Positions 1 through 7,497 of a DNA stretch of 14,251 nucleotides are shown here, in pieces. Numbering within the stretch: the first letter of the stretch is position 1; every line of letters starts with the position of its first letter. A program made the translations under genes and the position numbers. The DNA comes from Armatimonadota bacterium. GTDB taxonomy: Bacteria > Sysuimicrobiota > Sysuimicrobiia > Sysuimicrobiales > Humicultoraceae. The notes below the pieces were generated by a model. That model was not told where the DNA came from, did no database searches, and was given only the letters and a program-made list of their open reading frames with translations. The stretch lies in the NCBI GenBank assembly GCA_037443365.1, contig JBBIOM010000042.1, positions 1 to 14,251 of the forward strand, read 5' to 3'.

Positions 1-2
1 AG

Positions 3-140
3 AAACAGCGATGGCTGGCGACGGTGCTGCTGGAAGTCGAACCGCGGCTGCGACGGCTGCGTGGCTATCGGGCCTTGCCGCAGTTACGAGTGGCACTGCA
101 ACAGGCCCTCAAGCAGGGCACAGAGGCGAGGGCTGCGTAA
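3..140 (+). CDS. IS256-family (mutator-type) transposase, C-terminal fragment (5'-truncated by window)
   Basis: Frame from nt 3 reads KQRWLATVLLEVEPRLRRLRGYRALPQLRVALQQALKQGTEARAA* (TAA 138-140). This matches the RW.A..LL..E..(F/L)RR..GY..LP.L..AL tail of IS256 transposases. Not in the ORF track. Confidence 0.8.
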   Translation, partial: KQRWLATVLLEVEPRLRRLRGYRALPQLRVALQQALKQGTEARAA

Positions 141-160
141 TGTACGCTGGAAGTTGCTCC

Positions 161-190
161 CCGAATTTCAACTCGGATTGGGACACCCCC
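161..190. repeat. Putative right terminal inverted repeat of the IS256-type element
   Basis: Lies 20 nt after the transposase stop, with a TTCAAC...GGGACA.CCC pattern. The partner IR is not visible in the window. Confidence 0.55.
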
Positions 191-205
191 GGCGAGCGGG
201 CCCAC

Positions 206-211
206 TATAAT
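206..211 (+). promoter_or_regulatory. Sigma70/SigA -10 box (TATAAT) upstream of the PP-loop gene
   Basis: Perfect TATAAT in a very GC-rich context, 9 nt before ATG 221. No recognisable -35 at 16-18 bp spacing; that position falls inside the IS end. Confidence 0.65.
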
Positions 212-220
212 GGGGAAGTC

Positions 221-1195
221 ATGAGCACGCCAACGGCTCCCTCCTGCCTGGCCCAGAACCTCGCGGACGAGATCCGTGGGGTGACCGGGGGAGGACCGGT
301 CGTGGTGGCCTACAGCGGAGGGCTGGACTCGTCTGTTGTCGCGTCGCTCGCGCGCGAGGCGCTGGGCCCGGCCAGCGTGCTGTTGATTACGGTTGACCTG
401 GGCCGGTACGCCTACCGCCGCGGCAGGGCCATAGTGCAGGAGATGGCGGCCCGGCTCGGCCTGGAGCATCGCTGGGTGCCGGCGCAGGAGCGGCAGGAGG
501 TGATCTTGCGCGGCGGCCCGGCCTGCAACCGGTGCGCGCGTGAGGTCAAGCTGGGCCTGGTCCGGGCTGCGGCAGCAGGGCGCCTGGTGCTCACCGGCGC
601 GAACCGCAGCGATTCCTGGGGGCAGATGGGGCTGCGGCTGCACGACGGGTACTACTCGCCGCTATTCGACCTGGACAAGCCCCAGATCAGGGAACTGGCC
701 CGCGTGCTCGGGCTCCAGATCCCGCGCATCGGCGAGCACTGGGCGCGCGAGGGATGCAAGCTCAAGCACCTGCTGAAGCCGCTCATCAATCCCGACTACC
801 ACGGTCGCGCCGCCAGTGACGCCAACGAGGTCCTGCTGCAGGTGCTGGAGGAGGCCGGGTTCACCGCCCTGCTGGCCAACGTCAAGGTCATCGGGCCGCT
901 GCGGCGCAACCTGGGGCTTGTCAACGTCCGGCCCACGCCCCCACCGGAACTGGCAGCCGCCGTGCTGCGGGCGCTGGGAGGACTGACATCCCTCGACGAG
1001 GTGCGCTTCATCGAGGGGCCGGTGCGCCTGGTGGTCAGGGCGGGCCCCGCGCTATCCGGCGACGCCGCGGGGCGCGGTTGGGTGGGGCGCGGGCGCCTGG
1101 CGCCGGATTTCGCCCACCCGATCGAGGTAGAGTGGAAGCCCAGCCCTGATGGGCGGCTGCGCACGTTCCACGTTCTCGACGCAATCCTCCTTTGA
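221..1195 (+). CDS. PP-loop ATP pyrophosphatase, LarE-like putative sulfur transferase (324 aa)
   Basis: VVVAYSGGLDSS PP-loop (SGGLDS 314-331), CNRC (C102/C105, 524-535), TGANRSD, YSPL and GCKLKH (C179, 755-757), in the same order as LarE motifs. Start placed at ATG 221 because 11-220 of the track ORF overlaps IS DNA and the promoter. Confidence 0.8.
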   Translation: MSTPTAPSCLAQNLADEIRGVTGGGPVVVAYSGGLDSSVVASLAREALGPASVLLITVDLGRYAYRRGRAIVQEMAARLGLEHRWVPAQERQEVILRGGPACNRCAREVKLGLVRAAAAGRLVLTGANRSDSWGQMGLRLHDGYYSPLFDLDKPQIRELARVLGLQIPRIGEHWAREGCKLKHLLKPLINPDYHGRAASDANEVLLQVLEEAGFTALLANVKVIGPLRRNLGLVNVRPTPPPELAAAVLRALGGLTSLDEVRFIEGPVRLVVRAGPALSGDAAGRGWVGRGRLAPDFAHPIEVEWKPSPDGRLRTFHVLDAILL

Positions 1196-1232
1196 TCGCA
1201 GGCGCTCGCGCCGCTCCCGTGGGGCAGGTGCA

Positions 1233-1260
1233 GCAGGATTCCCTTCGCGGGCGCCCGAAC
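1233..1260 (+). promoter_or_regulatory. Putative SigH-type alternative-sigma promoter (GCAGGA-N18-GAAC)
   Basis: GCAGGATT at 1233-1240 and CGAAC at 1256-1260, with 18 nt between AGGA and GAA, like the Bacillus SigH consensus AGGA-N17/18-GAAT. It lies in the only sizeable intergenic gap, 10 nt before ATG 1271. Confidence 0.45.
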
Positions 1261-1270
1261 CAGCGTGGCG

Positions 1271-2548
1271 ATGATGCGGCCAAGAACCGGTCTTCCACTG
1301 TGCTGCCTTATGCCGGCCCTCGTGCTGCTCTGCCTGTTGGCTCTTGCGTCCCCCGCCGGCGTGCGCGGCGCGCCTTCCATCACGCTTGAGTTCTGGACCA
1401 TCTCGCTCCAGCCGTTCTTCAACGACTACGTGAACGGGGTCATCGCCGCATACGAGCGCGCCAACCCCGGTAGACGGATCCGCTGGGTGGACGTGCAGTT
1501 CGCCGCGGTTGAGCAGAAGCTGCTGGCCGCCCTGGCCGGGGGCGTGCCGCCCGACGTCGTCAACCTCAACACCGAGATGACCGCCCGGCTGGCCGAGCGG
1601 AACGCCCTTGTGGACATGGACGAGGCAGTCCCGGCCCAGGCCCGCGCCCGCTACTTCGACGGGCTATGGCGCTCCGGGCAGGTGCGCGGCCGCACCCACG
1701 CGCTGCCCTGGTACGTTGTGCCCAATGTGATCGCCTACAACACGGCGATCTACCGGCGGGCCGGCCTCAACCCTGTTGAGCCCCCGCGCACCGAGGAGGA
1801 GATGATCGCCCACGCGCGCACCATCCGGGACCGCACCAAAGTGTACGGGTTCATGCCCAACGTGGACGGGGTGCGCCTGCTGCACCGGTTCCAGGAGAAC
1901 GGCCTGCCGATCTTGAGTCCCGATGGGAAGCGGGCCGTGTTCAACTCGCCCGAGCACGTGCGCTACCTGACCCGCTACGCCGAGCTCCTGCGGGACGACT
2001 ACTTCCCCGAGGACACGCTGCGGCGAGGATACCTGGGCGCCACCGAGCGCTACAGCGGCGGCCAACTGGGGATGCTGGTCACCGGCCCCCAGTTCCTGCT
2101 GAGAGTGAAGAAGGACAACCCCGAGGTGTACGCGCAGACATTCGTGGCGGCCTACCCCAGGGGAGCGGGCAACACCCTGCACCTGTCCACGATGACCCTG
2201 GCGGTGCCCAGGTCGAGCCGCAACGCGGCCGCGGGCGTGGACTTCGCGCTCTTCGTCTCCAGCGACGAGAACCAGCTCGAGTTCTGCAAGCAGGTGGTTG
2301 TATTCCCCTCGACCCGACAGGCCGCCGCGGATCCGTTCTTCCGCCGCGGGGGCGCCGGTCCCGAGGACGTCGCCCGCAAGGTGGCCGCAGCCGACCTGCC
2401 CTATGCGCGCGACCTCAGCGTGATCGTCCCCAATGCCGGGGATCTCTTCCGCGTCTTCCGGGAGGCCGTGGAGAGCGCGTTCTACGGCAAGCGCACGCCG
2501 AAGGACGCGCTCGACTGGGCGGTCAGGCAGTGGAATGCGCGCCTCTAG
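1271..2548 (+). CDS. Carbohydrate ABC transporter (CUT1) substrate-binding protein
   Basis: Hydrophobic signal peptide, then ITLEFWT, KLLAALAGGVPPDVVNL, HALPWY..NVIAYN, YSGGQLGMLVTGP and a C-terminal TPKDALD..VRQWN. Start could be GTG 1265, ATG 1271, 1274 or 1310. Confidence 0.92.
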   Translation: MMRPRTGLPLCCLMPALVLLCLLALASPAGVRGAPSITLEFWTISLQPFFNDYVNGVIAAYERANPGRRIRWVDVQFAAVEQKLLAALAGGVPPDVVNLNTEMTARLAERNALVDMDEAVPAQARARYFDGLWRSGQVRGRTHALPWYVVPNVIAYNTAIYRRAGLNPVEPPRTEEEMIAHARTIRDRTKVYGFMPNVDGVRLLHRFQENGLPILSPDGKRAVFNSPEHVRYLTRYAELLRDDYFPEDTLRRGYLGATERYSGGQLGMLVTGPQFLLRVKKDNPEVYAQTFVAAYPRGAGNTLHLSTMTLAVPRSSRNAAAGVDFALFVSSDENQLEFCKQVVVFPSTRQAAADPFFRRGGAGPEDVARKVAAADLPYARDLSVIVPNAGDLFRVFREAVESAFYGKRTPKDALDWAVRQWNARL

Positions 2549-4745
2549 AGGTGCGATCCAGGGGCTGATCGCGTCCGCGCTCGGGATCGCCCTGGCGATC
2601 CTCCCGGCGCCCGTGCAGGCCCTGTCGGGGAGCGTGTGGCCCAACGCCTACGTCACGCCCCTGCGCGACGCGCGCATCATCCCGCTCCCCAAGTCGCTGC
2701 GGTATCTGGAAGAGGGCTTCGAGATCACGCCGGCGACACGGATCATAGTCGGCGACGATGCCGCCGCCGAGGATCTCTATGCCGCGCGCGAGCTGAACGA
2801 GGAACTGGCGGCCTGGGGCGCGCCGCCGCTTCAGGTCGTGCGTGCCTCTGCCGCGGGCGATCCCGCGCGCGCGGGAAGTGGACCGGGCTCAGGCGGGTGG
2901 CCCGCCGGAGGCGCCATCCTGCTCGGCGAGCCCGCGCTCAACCCCCTGGTGGCCGCGTCGCTCGCCGCGCACCGGATCACGGTGGACCCGCGTGATCCGG
3001 GGCCCGAGGGCTACCTGCTGCGCTCAAGCCCCGACGTGATCATAGCCGCCGGCGCCGATCGGCGAGGCACGTTCTACGCGGTGGCGACCCTGCGCCAGAT
3101 GATTGAGCGCGATCCGCGCGTCCCGGGCCGTCTGATCGTGCGCGGGGCCGAGGTGCGCGACTGGCCCGACCACCCGATTCGCGCGGTGCACGTCGTGCTC
3201 GACGGCCACTCCGACGTTCTCCACACCGCGCTGGTGGACCGCGTCTTCGGCCGCTACAAGTTCAACATGCTGATCGCCGAGTCCCAGTATGTCAGGTGGG
3301 AGAGCGCGCGCAACATCTGGCACCCCGGGGGCGCGACTCGAGCCCAGGCCGCGGCGGTGATCGCATCTGCCCGTGAGCACCTGATCGAGCCGGTCCCGCT
3401 CATCCAGACGCTCGGGCACTCGGGCTGGCTCTTTCACAACGACCAGAACCTCGACCTGCTCGAGATGCCCTCGGAGCTGGCACCGGCGCGGTTCGCCTAC
3501 GACCCGCTCAATCCACGGGTCTACGAGGTCGTGCTGCCGGTGCTGGACGAGGCGATAGCGCTGTTCGGCGCGCGCTTCCTCCACATCGGGCACGACGAGG
3601 TGCGCAACGTTGTGCCCTTCCCGTGGTCGGAGGAAGGCCGGCGCCTGGGCTTTGCCGAGCTGTTCGTGCGCGACACCGTGCGCCTCTACGACCACCTCAA
3701 GGCCCGGGGCGTAGGGACGATGATGTGGGGCGATGTGCTGCTCACCAACGAGTTCGCTCCGGAACTGGCGCGCCTGCCGCGCGACATCGTCGTGGTGGAC
3801 TGGCAGTACCACGCCGCGGCCCGCTATCCGAGCCTGGACCGTATCAGATCCTGGGGATTCCCGGTCCTGGCCGCCGCGTGGGACAGCCACGAGGGCATCG
3901 CGTCCCTGGCGCGCGACGCCCGACGCGCCGGCGCCTCCGGCATGGTCAGGACCACCTGGACCGGGTACTTCGGCAACCGGGGCGCGCTGGAATCATCCTA
4001 CCAGCAGATCTACAGTTACCTGCCTGCGGCCGACCACTTCTGGACGGCCGGCAGGGAGGGTCCCTCGCTGTCGCGCGTGGAGGCCGCGGCCAGGTTCCGC
4101 GAGGCCTGGATTCCGGTGCGCGAGGAACCGCGGGCAGTCCCCGGCCGCCCGCTGGACATCAGGGGCGTCGCCAACCACGCGCACACGGACGACGACGGCG
4201 CCGGGTGGCTCGGGAAGGGGCCCGACTACGATCTCCGGAATCTTCCCGCAGGAGAGACGCGCTTCGCCGGCGTGCTGTTTCGAGTGCTTGATCCCGCAGA
4301 GCGCCAAGGCCGCAGCATCGTGCTGCTGCGCGGTGCACGCCCCCCTGCCCGCGCCAAGCCCGAGCGCGTGGCGGTCGGCGCCGGGTTTGCCGCGGGCGCG
4401 TTGTGCTTCCTGCATGCCCTTCCCTACCCGGCCTCGCGCTTTGGCGAGGAGGTCGCCACCTACCGCGTCCGGTTCGCCGACGGCGGGGCCGCACAGATCC
4501 CTATCCGGTACCGCGTGAACATCGGTACGTGGCTGGATGATCCCATCTCGATCGGGCACGAGATCGGCTGGGCCGGCAAGACCCGATCAGGCGTGGATGT
4601 TCGGCTCTCGCTTCTCTGCTGGTCCAACCCGGACCCGGCGCGCCCCATGGTCGCGGTGGAACTGCAGGCCGCCGACGTCGCTTCGGCGCCGGCCGTCTTC
4701 GCCATCACCGCGCTGGAGCGCGACCGCGGCCCAAACATCAGGTAG
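2535..4745 (+). CDS. Secreted GH20 beta-N-acetylhexosaminidase with N-terminal GH20b domain and an extra C-terminal domain (736 aa)
   Basis: Signal peptide ending PVQA. GH20b motifs IIPLPK, EGYLL, GADRRGTFYAVATLRQ and VRDWPDHPIR. Catalytic-domain motifs VPLIQTLGH, HIGHDE (3582-3599), MMWGD and DWQY. ATG 2535 overlaps the upstream gene by 14 nt. Confidence 0.9.
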   Translation: MRASRGAIQGLIASALGIALAILPAPVQALSGSVWPNAYVTPLRDARIIPLPKSLRYLEEGFEITPATRIIVGDDAAAEDLYAARELNEELAAWGAPPLQVVRASAAGDPARAGSGPGSGGWPAGGAILLGEPALNPLVAASLAAHRITVDPRDPGPEGYLLRSSPDVIIAAGADRRGTFYAVATLRQMIERDPRVPGRLIVRGAEVRDWPDHPIRAVHVVLDGHSDVLHTALVDRVFGRYKFNMLIAESQYVRWESARNIWHPGGATRAQAAAVIASAREHLIEPVPLIQTLGHSGWLFHNDQNLDLLEMPSELAPARFAYDPLNPRVYEVVLPVLDEAIALFGARFLHIGHDEVRNVVPFPWSEEGRRLGFAELFVRDTVRLYDHLKARGVGTMMWGDVLLTNEFAPELARLPRDIVVVDWQYHAAARYPSLDRIRSWGFPVLAAAWDSHEGIASLARDARRAGASGMVRTTWTGYFGNRGALESSYQQIYSYLPAADHFWTAGREGPSLSRVEAAARFREAWIPVREEPRAVPGRPLDIRGVANHAHTDDDGAGWLGKGPDYDLRNLPAGETRFAGVLFRVLDPAERQGRSIVLLRGARPPARAKPERVAVGAGFAAGALCFLHALPYPASRFGEEVATYRVRFADGGAAQIPIRYRVNIGTWLDDPISIGHEIGWAGKTRSGVDVRLSLLCWSNPDPARPMVAVELQAADVASAPAVFAITALERDRGPNIR

Positions 4746-4756
4746 GGAGGGACGGC

Positions 4757-5770
4757 ATGGCGCTGGCAGGACGCGTTACAATCGAGCAGGTCGAGAGCCG
4801 GGCGCTGCAGGGCAACCCCCTGGGCGATCCGCACGTCCGCGAGATCCCGGTCTACCTTCCGCCGGGCTACGACGCCTCGGCGGCTTCCTACCCGGTCGTC
4901 TACTGGTTGCACGGCTTCACCGGGATCGGCCTCTCGGCCATCAACGCCGGCCCGTGGGTGCCGTCGCTCCCGGAGTGCATGGAGCGGGTCATCGCGTCGG
5001 GCGCGCCGCCCGCGATCCTGGTCATGGCCGACGGGTTCACGCGCTTCGGCGGCAGCCAGTATCTCAACTCCGAGGCCACGGGCCGCTACGAGGACTTCGT
5101 CTCTTCGGAACTCGTCGCTCACACCGATCGCCGGTTCAGGACCCTGGCGTCGCGCGCGCACCGCGGCATCGCCGGCAAGTCGAGCGGCGGCTACGGCGCG
5201 CTCGCACTCGCGATGCGCCACCCCGACATCTTTGGCGCCGCCGCGTCCCATAGCGGCGACATGCTCTTTGAGGCCTGCTACATGCCCGACTTCTGGAAGT
5301 TCTGCAACATCACGGCCAGGTACGGCGGGGTTGACGCGTTTCTGCGGGCGTTCCTCGAGATGCCGAAGAAGACCAACGATGCGGTCACCGCGGTCAACAT
5401 CGCCGCCATGGCCATGGCCTACTCGCCCAACCCGGCCCGGCTGCCGTGGCGCTTTGATCTCCCCTTTGACCCCCATACCGGCGCGATCAACGAGGCGGTA
5501 TGGACGCGCTGGCTTGCCTGGGATCCGGTGCGCATGGCGGAGCAGCACGTCGAGGCCCTGCGGTCGCTTGGGCTGCTCTACTTCGAGTGCGGCTCTCGCG
5601 ACCAGTACAACCTGCACCTGGGGGCCCGGCTCCTGCACCAGAAACTGGAGGCGCTGGGCGTCCGGCATGAGCACCAGGAGTTCGATGACGATCACGCAAG
5701 CATCAACTACCGGTACGTTGAGTCTCTGCAGCGGCTCTGCCGCGCGCTGGCAGGACAGCATGGGGACTGA
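4757..5770 (+). CDS. Alpha/beta-hydrolase serine esterase (Fes/putative esterase family), cytoplasmic
   Basis: VYLPPGY, YPVVYWLHG, nucleophile elbow GKSSGG (from 5174), candidate Asp (SRDQY) and His (DDDH). GGGAGG RBS at 4746-4751; no signal peptide. Confidence 0.9.
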   Translation: MALAGRVTIEQVESRALQGNPLGDPHVREIPVYLPPGYDASAASYPVVYWLHGFTGIGLSAINAGPWVPSLPECMERVIASGAPPAILVMADGFTRFGGSQYLNSEATGRYEDFVSSELVAHTDRRFRTLASRAHRGIAGKSSGGYGALALAMRHPDIFGAAASHSGDMLFEACYMPDFWKFCNITARYGGVDAFLRAFLEMPKKTNDAVTAVNIAAMAMAYSPNPARLPWRFDLPFDPHTGAINEAVWTRWLAWDPVRMAEQHVEALRSLGLLYFECGSRDQYNLHLGARLLHQKLEALGVRHEHQEFDDDHASINYRYVESLQRLCRALAGQHGD

Positions 5771-6698
5771 CCCCGGACCAAGGCCGGCCGGCCCAAGGCC
5801 CGCCGGCTGGCCAGGGGTCAGCCGGCGCCGGTGGCGGAGGGCCGCCACCGCGTACCTGTTCCTTGCGCCGGCGCTGCTGCTGCTGGGTGTCTTCACCTTC
5901 TACCCCGTGGCGTTCGGGACCGCGCTGAGCCTGTTCGAGTACGACGTCATCTCCCCGCCGCGCTTCGTGGGGCTGGAGCACTTCCGCGGGCTGTGGGACG
6001 ACCGCTTCCTGTGGATATCGCTTGCCAACTCGACCAAGTTCCTCCTGGTCGTGCCGGTGCTGCAGGCCCTCTCGATCGGGCTGGCGGTGGCGGTCAACGT
6101 GCCGCTTCGGGGCATCCGGTGGTTCCGCGCGGCGTACTACCTTCCGGTGGTCACCTCGATGGTCGTGGCCGGCCTGATGTGGCGGTGGCTGCTCGAGCAG
6201 GACGGCGTGGTGAACTACCTGCTTCGGGCGGTCGGGCTGCTCGACCGCCCGATCGCCTGGCTGGGGCACCCCGACCTGGCGCTCTACGCGGTCATGTTCG
6301 TGACGCTCTGGAAGGGCCTGGGGTACTACATGGTGATCTACCTGGCCGGGCTTCAGGCGATATCGCCGGAGTACGAGGAGGCGGCGACGACCGACGGCGC
6401 CTCTCGGTGGCAGGTGTTCCGCTGGGTGACCCTCCCGCTGCTGCGCCCCTCGATCCTCCTGGCGAGCACGATCTCGGCCATCGCGGCGCTGAAGGTATTC
6501 GAAGAAGTCTACGTAATGACCGCCGGGGGGCCGATGTTTCGGACCTACACGATGTTCTTCTACATCTTCGACAAGGGCTTCCAGCAGCTCGACCTCGGAT
6601 ACGCCGCGGCCCTGGCCGTTGTGCTGGCCGTCCTGGTGATGGCTCTCTCGACGGCCAACTTCCTCGTGTTCCGCAAGGGGGGGTGGAGCTATTACTAA
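5760..6698 (+). CDS. Carbohydrate ABC transporter permease (MalF/UgpA-like)
   Basis: AYLFLAPALLL, FVGLEHF, YYLPVVTS, WKGLGYYMVIYLAGLQ, EAA loop YEEAATTDGASRWQVF..VTLPLL, and F..VYVMT.GGP. ATG 5760 overlaps the esterase by 11 nt; the 5232 start in the track is a shadow extension. Confidence 0.92.
   Translation: MGTDPGPRPAGPRPAGWPGVSRRRWRRAATAYLFLAPALLLLGVFTFYPVAFGTALSLFEYDVISPPRFVGLEHFRGLWDDRFLWISLANSTKFLLVVPVLQALSIGLAVAVNVPLRGIRWFRAAYYLPVVTSMVVAGLMWRWLLEQDGVVNYLLRAVGLLDRPIAWLGHPDLALYAVMFVTLWKGLGYYMVIYLAGLQAISPEYEEAATTDGASRWQVFRWVTLPLLRPSILLASTISAIAALKVFEEVYVMTAGGPMFRTYTMFFYIFDKGFQQLDLGYAAALAVVLAVLVMALSTANFLVFRKGGWSYY
5778..5807 (+). repeat. 15-bp imperfect tandem duplication (CCAAGGCC[G/C]GCCGGC x2) encoding PRPAG-PRPAG
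   Basis: 5778-5792 and 5793-5807 differ at one position; in frame within the permease N-terminal tail. Confidence 0.7.
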
Positions 6699-6702
6699 CG
6701 CG

Positions 6703-7497
6703 GTGCGGTATGCCGGGCTCGGGGCCCTGGCCCTCGCCACCACCTTCCCGCTGCTCTGGCTGATCTCCATAGCCCTGCGCACCACCGGCAGCGTCTTCGG
6801 GTACCCGCCTCAGTTGCTGCCCTATCCCGCGTCGCTGGACAACTTCGTATCGGTTTGGCAGACGATGCCGCTCCCGCGCTTCTTCCTCAACACGATCGTG
6901 CTTGCCGGTGCCGCGGTGGCGCTCAACCTGGTGTTGTGCTCGATGGCCGCGTACCCGCTCGCGCGGATGGAGTTCCCAGGCCGGCGGGTGGTCTTGGCGC
7001 TGCTGCTCTCCACGCTGATGCTGCCCGGGCACGTGGGCCTGATCGTCAACTTCGTCACGCTGCTGCGCCTGCGCCTGATTGACACCTACCCCGGCGTGCT
7101 GTTGCCCGGCGCGGTCAGCGTCTTCGGGATCCTCCTGCTGCGGCAGGCGTTCCTGACCGTGCCCCGCGAGATGGAGGACGCCGCGCGCATGGACGGCGCC
7201 TCCGAGTGGACCATATGGTGGCGGGTCATGCTGCCGGTGATCTCCCCGGCGCTGGGAGTGCTGGCCCTCTTCGAGTTCGTGGCTGTGTGGAACTCGTTCC
7301 TTTGGCCGCTTATCGTGCTCAAGACACCTGACAAGTACCCGCTGGCGGTCGGGCTGCTCTACCTCTCGGGCCTGTTCGCGCACAACACGCGCGCCGTGGC
7401 AGCCGGCGCCGTGATGATGACCGCCCCGATCATCGCCGTCTTCCTGTTCACGCAGCGCTACTTCATGCGCGGCCTGACCATGGGGGCGATCCGGTGA
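6703..7497 (+). CDS. Carbohydrate ABC transporter permease (MalG/UgpE-like)
   Basis: FPLLW, FFLNT, MAAYPLARMEFPGR, EAA loop MEDAARMDGASEWTIWWRVMLP, WNSFLWPL and FLFTQRYFMRGLTMGAIR. Confidence 0.93.
   Translation: MRYAGLGALALATTFPLLWLISIALRTTGSVFGYPPQLLPYPASLDNFVSVWQTMPLPRFFLNTIVLAGAAVALNLVLCSMAAYPLARMEFPGRRVVLALLLSTLMLPGHVGLIVNFVTLLRLRLIDTYPGVLLPGAVSVFGILLLRQAFLTVPREMEDAARMDGASEWTIWWRVMLPVISPALGVLALFEFVAVWNSFLWPLIVLKTPDKYPLAVGLLYLSGLFAHNTRAVAAGAVMMTAPIIAVFLFTQRYFMRGLTMGAIR

Larger units (their letters stand above)
1..190 (+). mobile_element. Right end of an IS256-family insertion sequence (partial; left part outside window)
   Basis: Transposase-like C-terminus ends at 140 and is followed by ...CCGAATTTCAACTCGGATTGGGACACCCCC (161-190). 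This resembles, from memory, the AA.TTCAAC...GGGACA.CCC ends of IS256-type elements. The exact end (189/190) cannot be fixed without the left IR. Confidence 0.72.

Noticed and set aside
178-211. IS-supplied hybrid promoter TTGGGA...TATAAT
   Set aside because: The spacer is 22 bp, well outside 16-18, so a functional hybrid -35 is not supported.
11-220. 70-aa N-terminal extension of the PP-loop ORF in the track
   Set aside because: It overlaps the transposase tail in another frame, the IS end and the TATAAT box; ATG 221 gives a normal PP-loop N-terminus.
221-1195. Calling the PP-loop gene queC, which with queG would make the window a queuosine cluster
   Set aside because: It lacks the QueC C-terminal Cx8Cx2Cx2C zinc motif, the Cys layout is LarE-like, no queD/E/F/tgt is present, and queG is 12 kb away behind its own putative promoter.
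5232-5759. Upstream extensions of track ORFs (also 2433-2534, 8749-8982, 10170-10361, 10931-11029, 11856-12047), which could suggest fusions or long overlaps
   Set aside because: These are stop-free runs inside the preceding gene; family motifs begin only at the downstream starts, which give typical short overlaps or gaps.
6677-6683. G7 homopolymer at the end of permease 1 (and G6 at 13568-13573 in queG) as phase-variation tracts
   Set aside because: The runs are short for a GC-rich genome, encode Gly-Gly, and both frames are intact.
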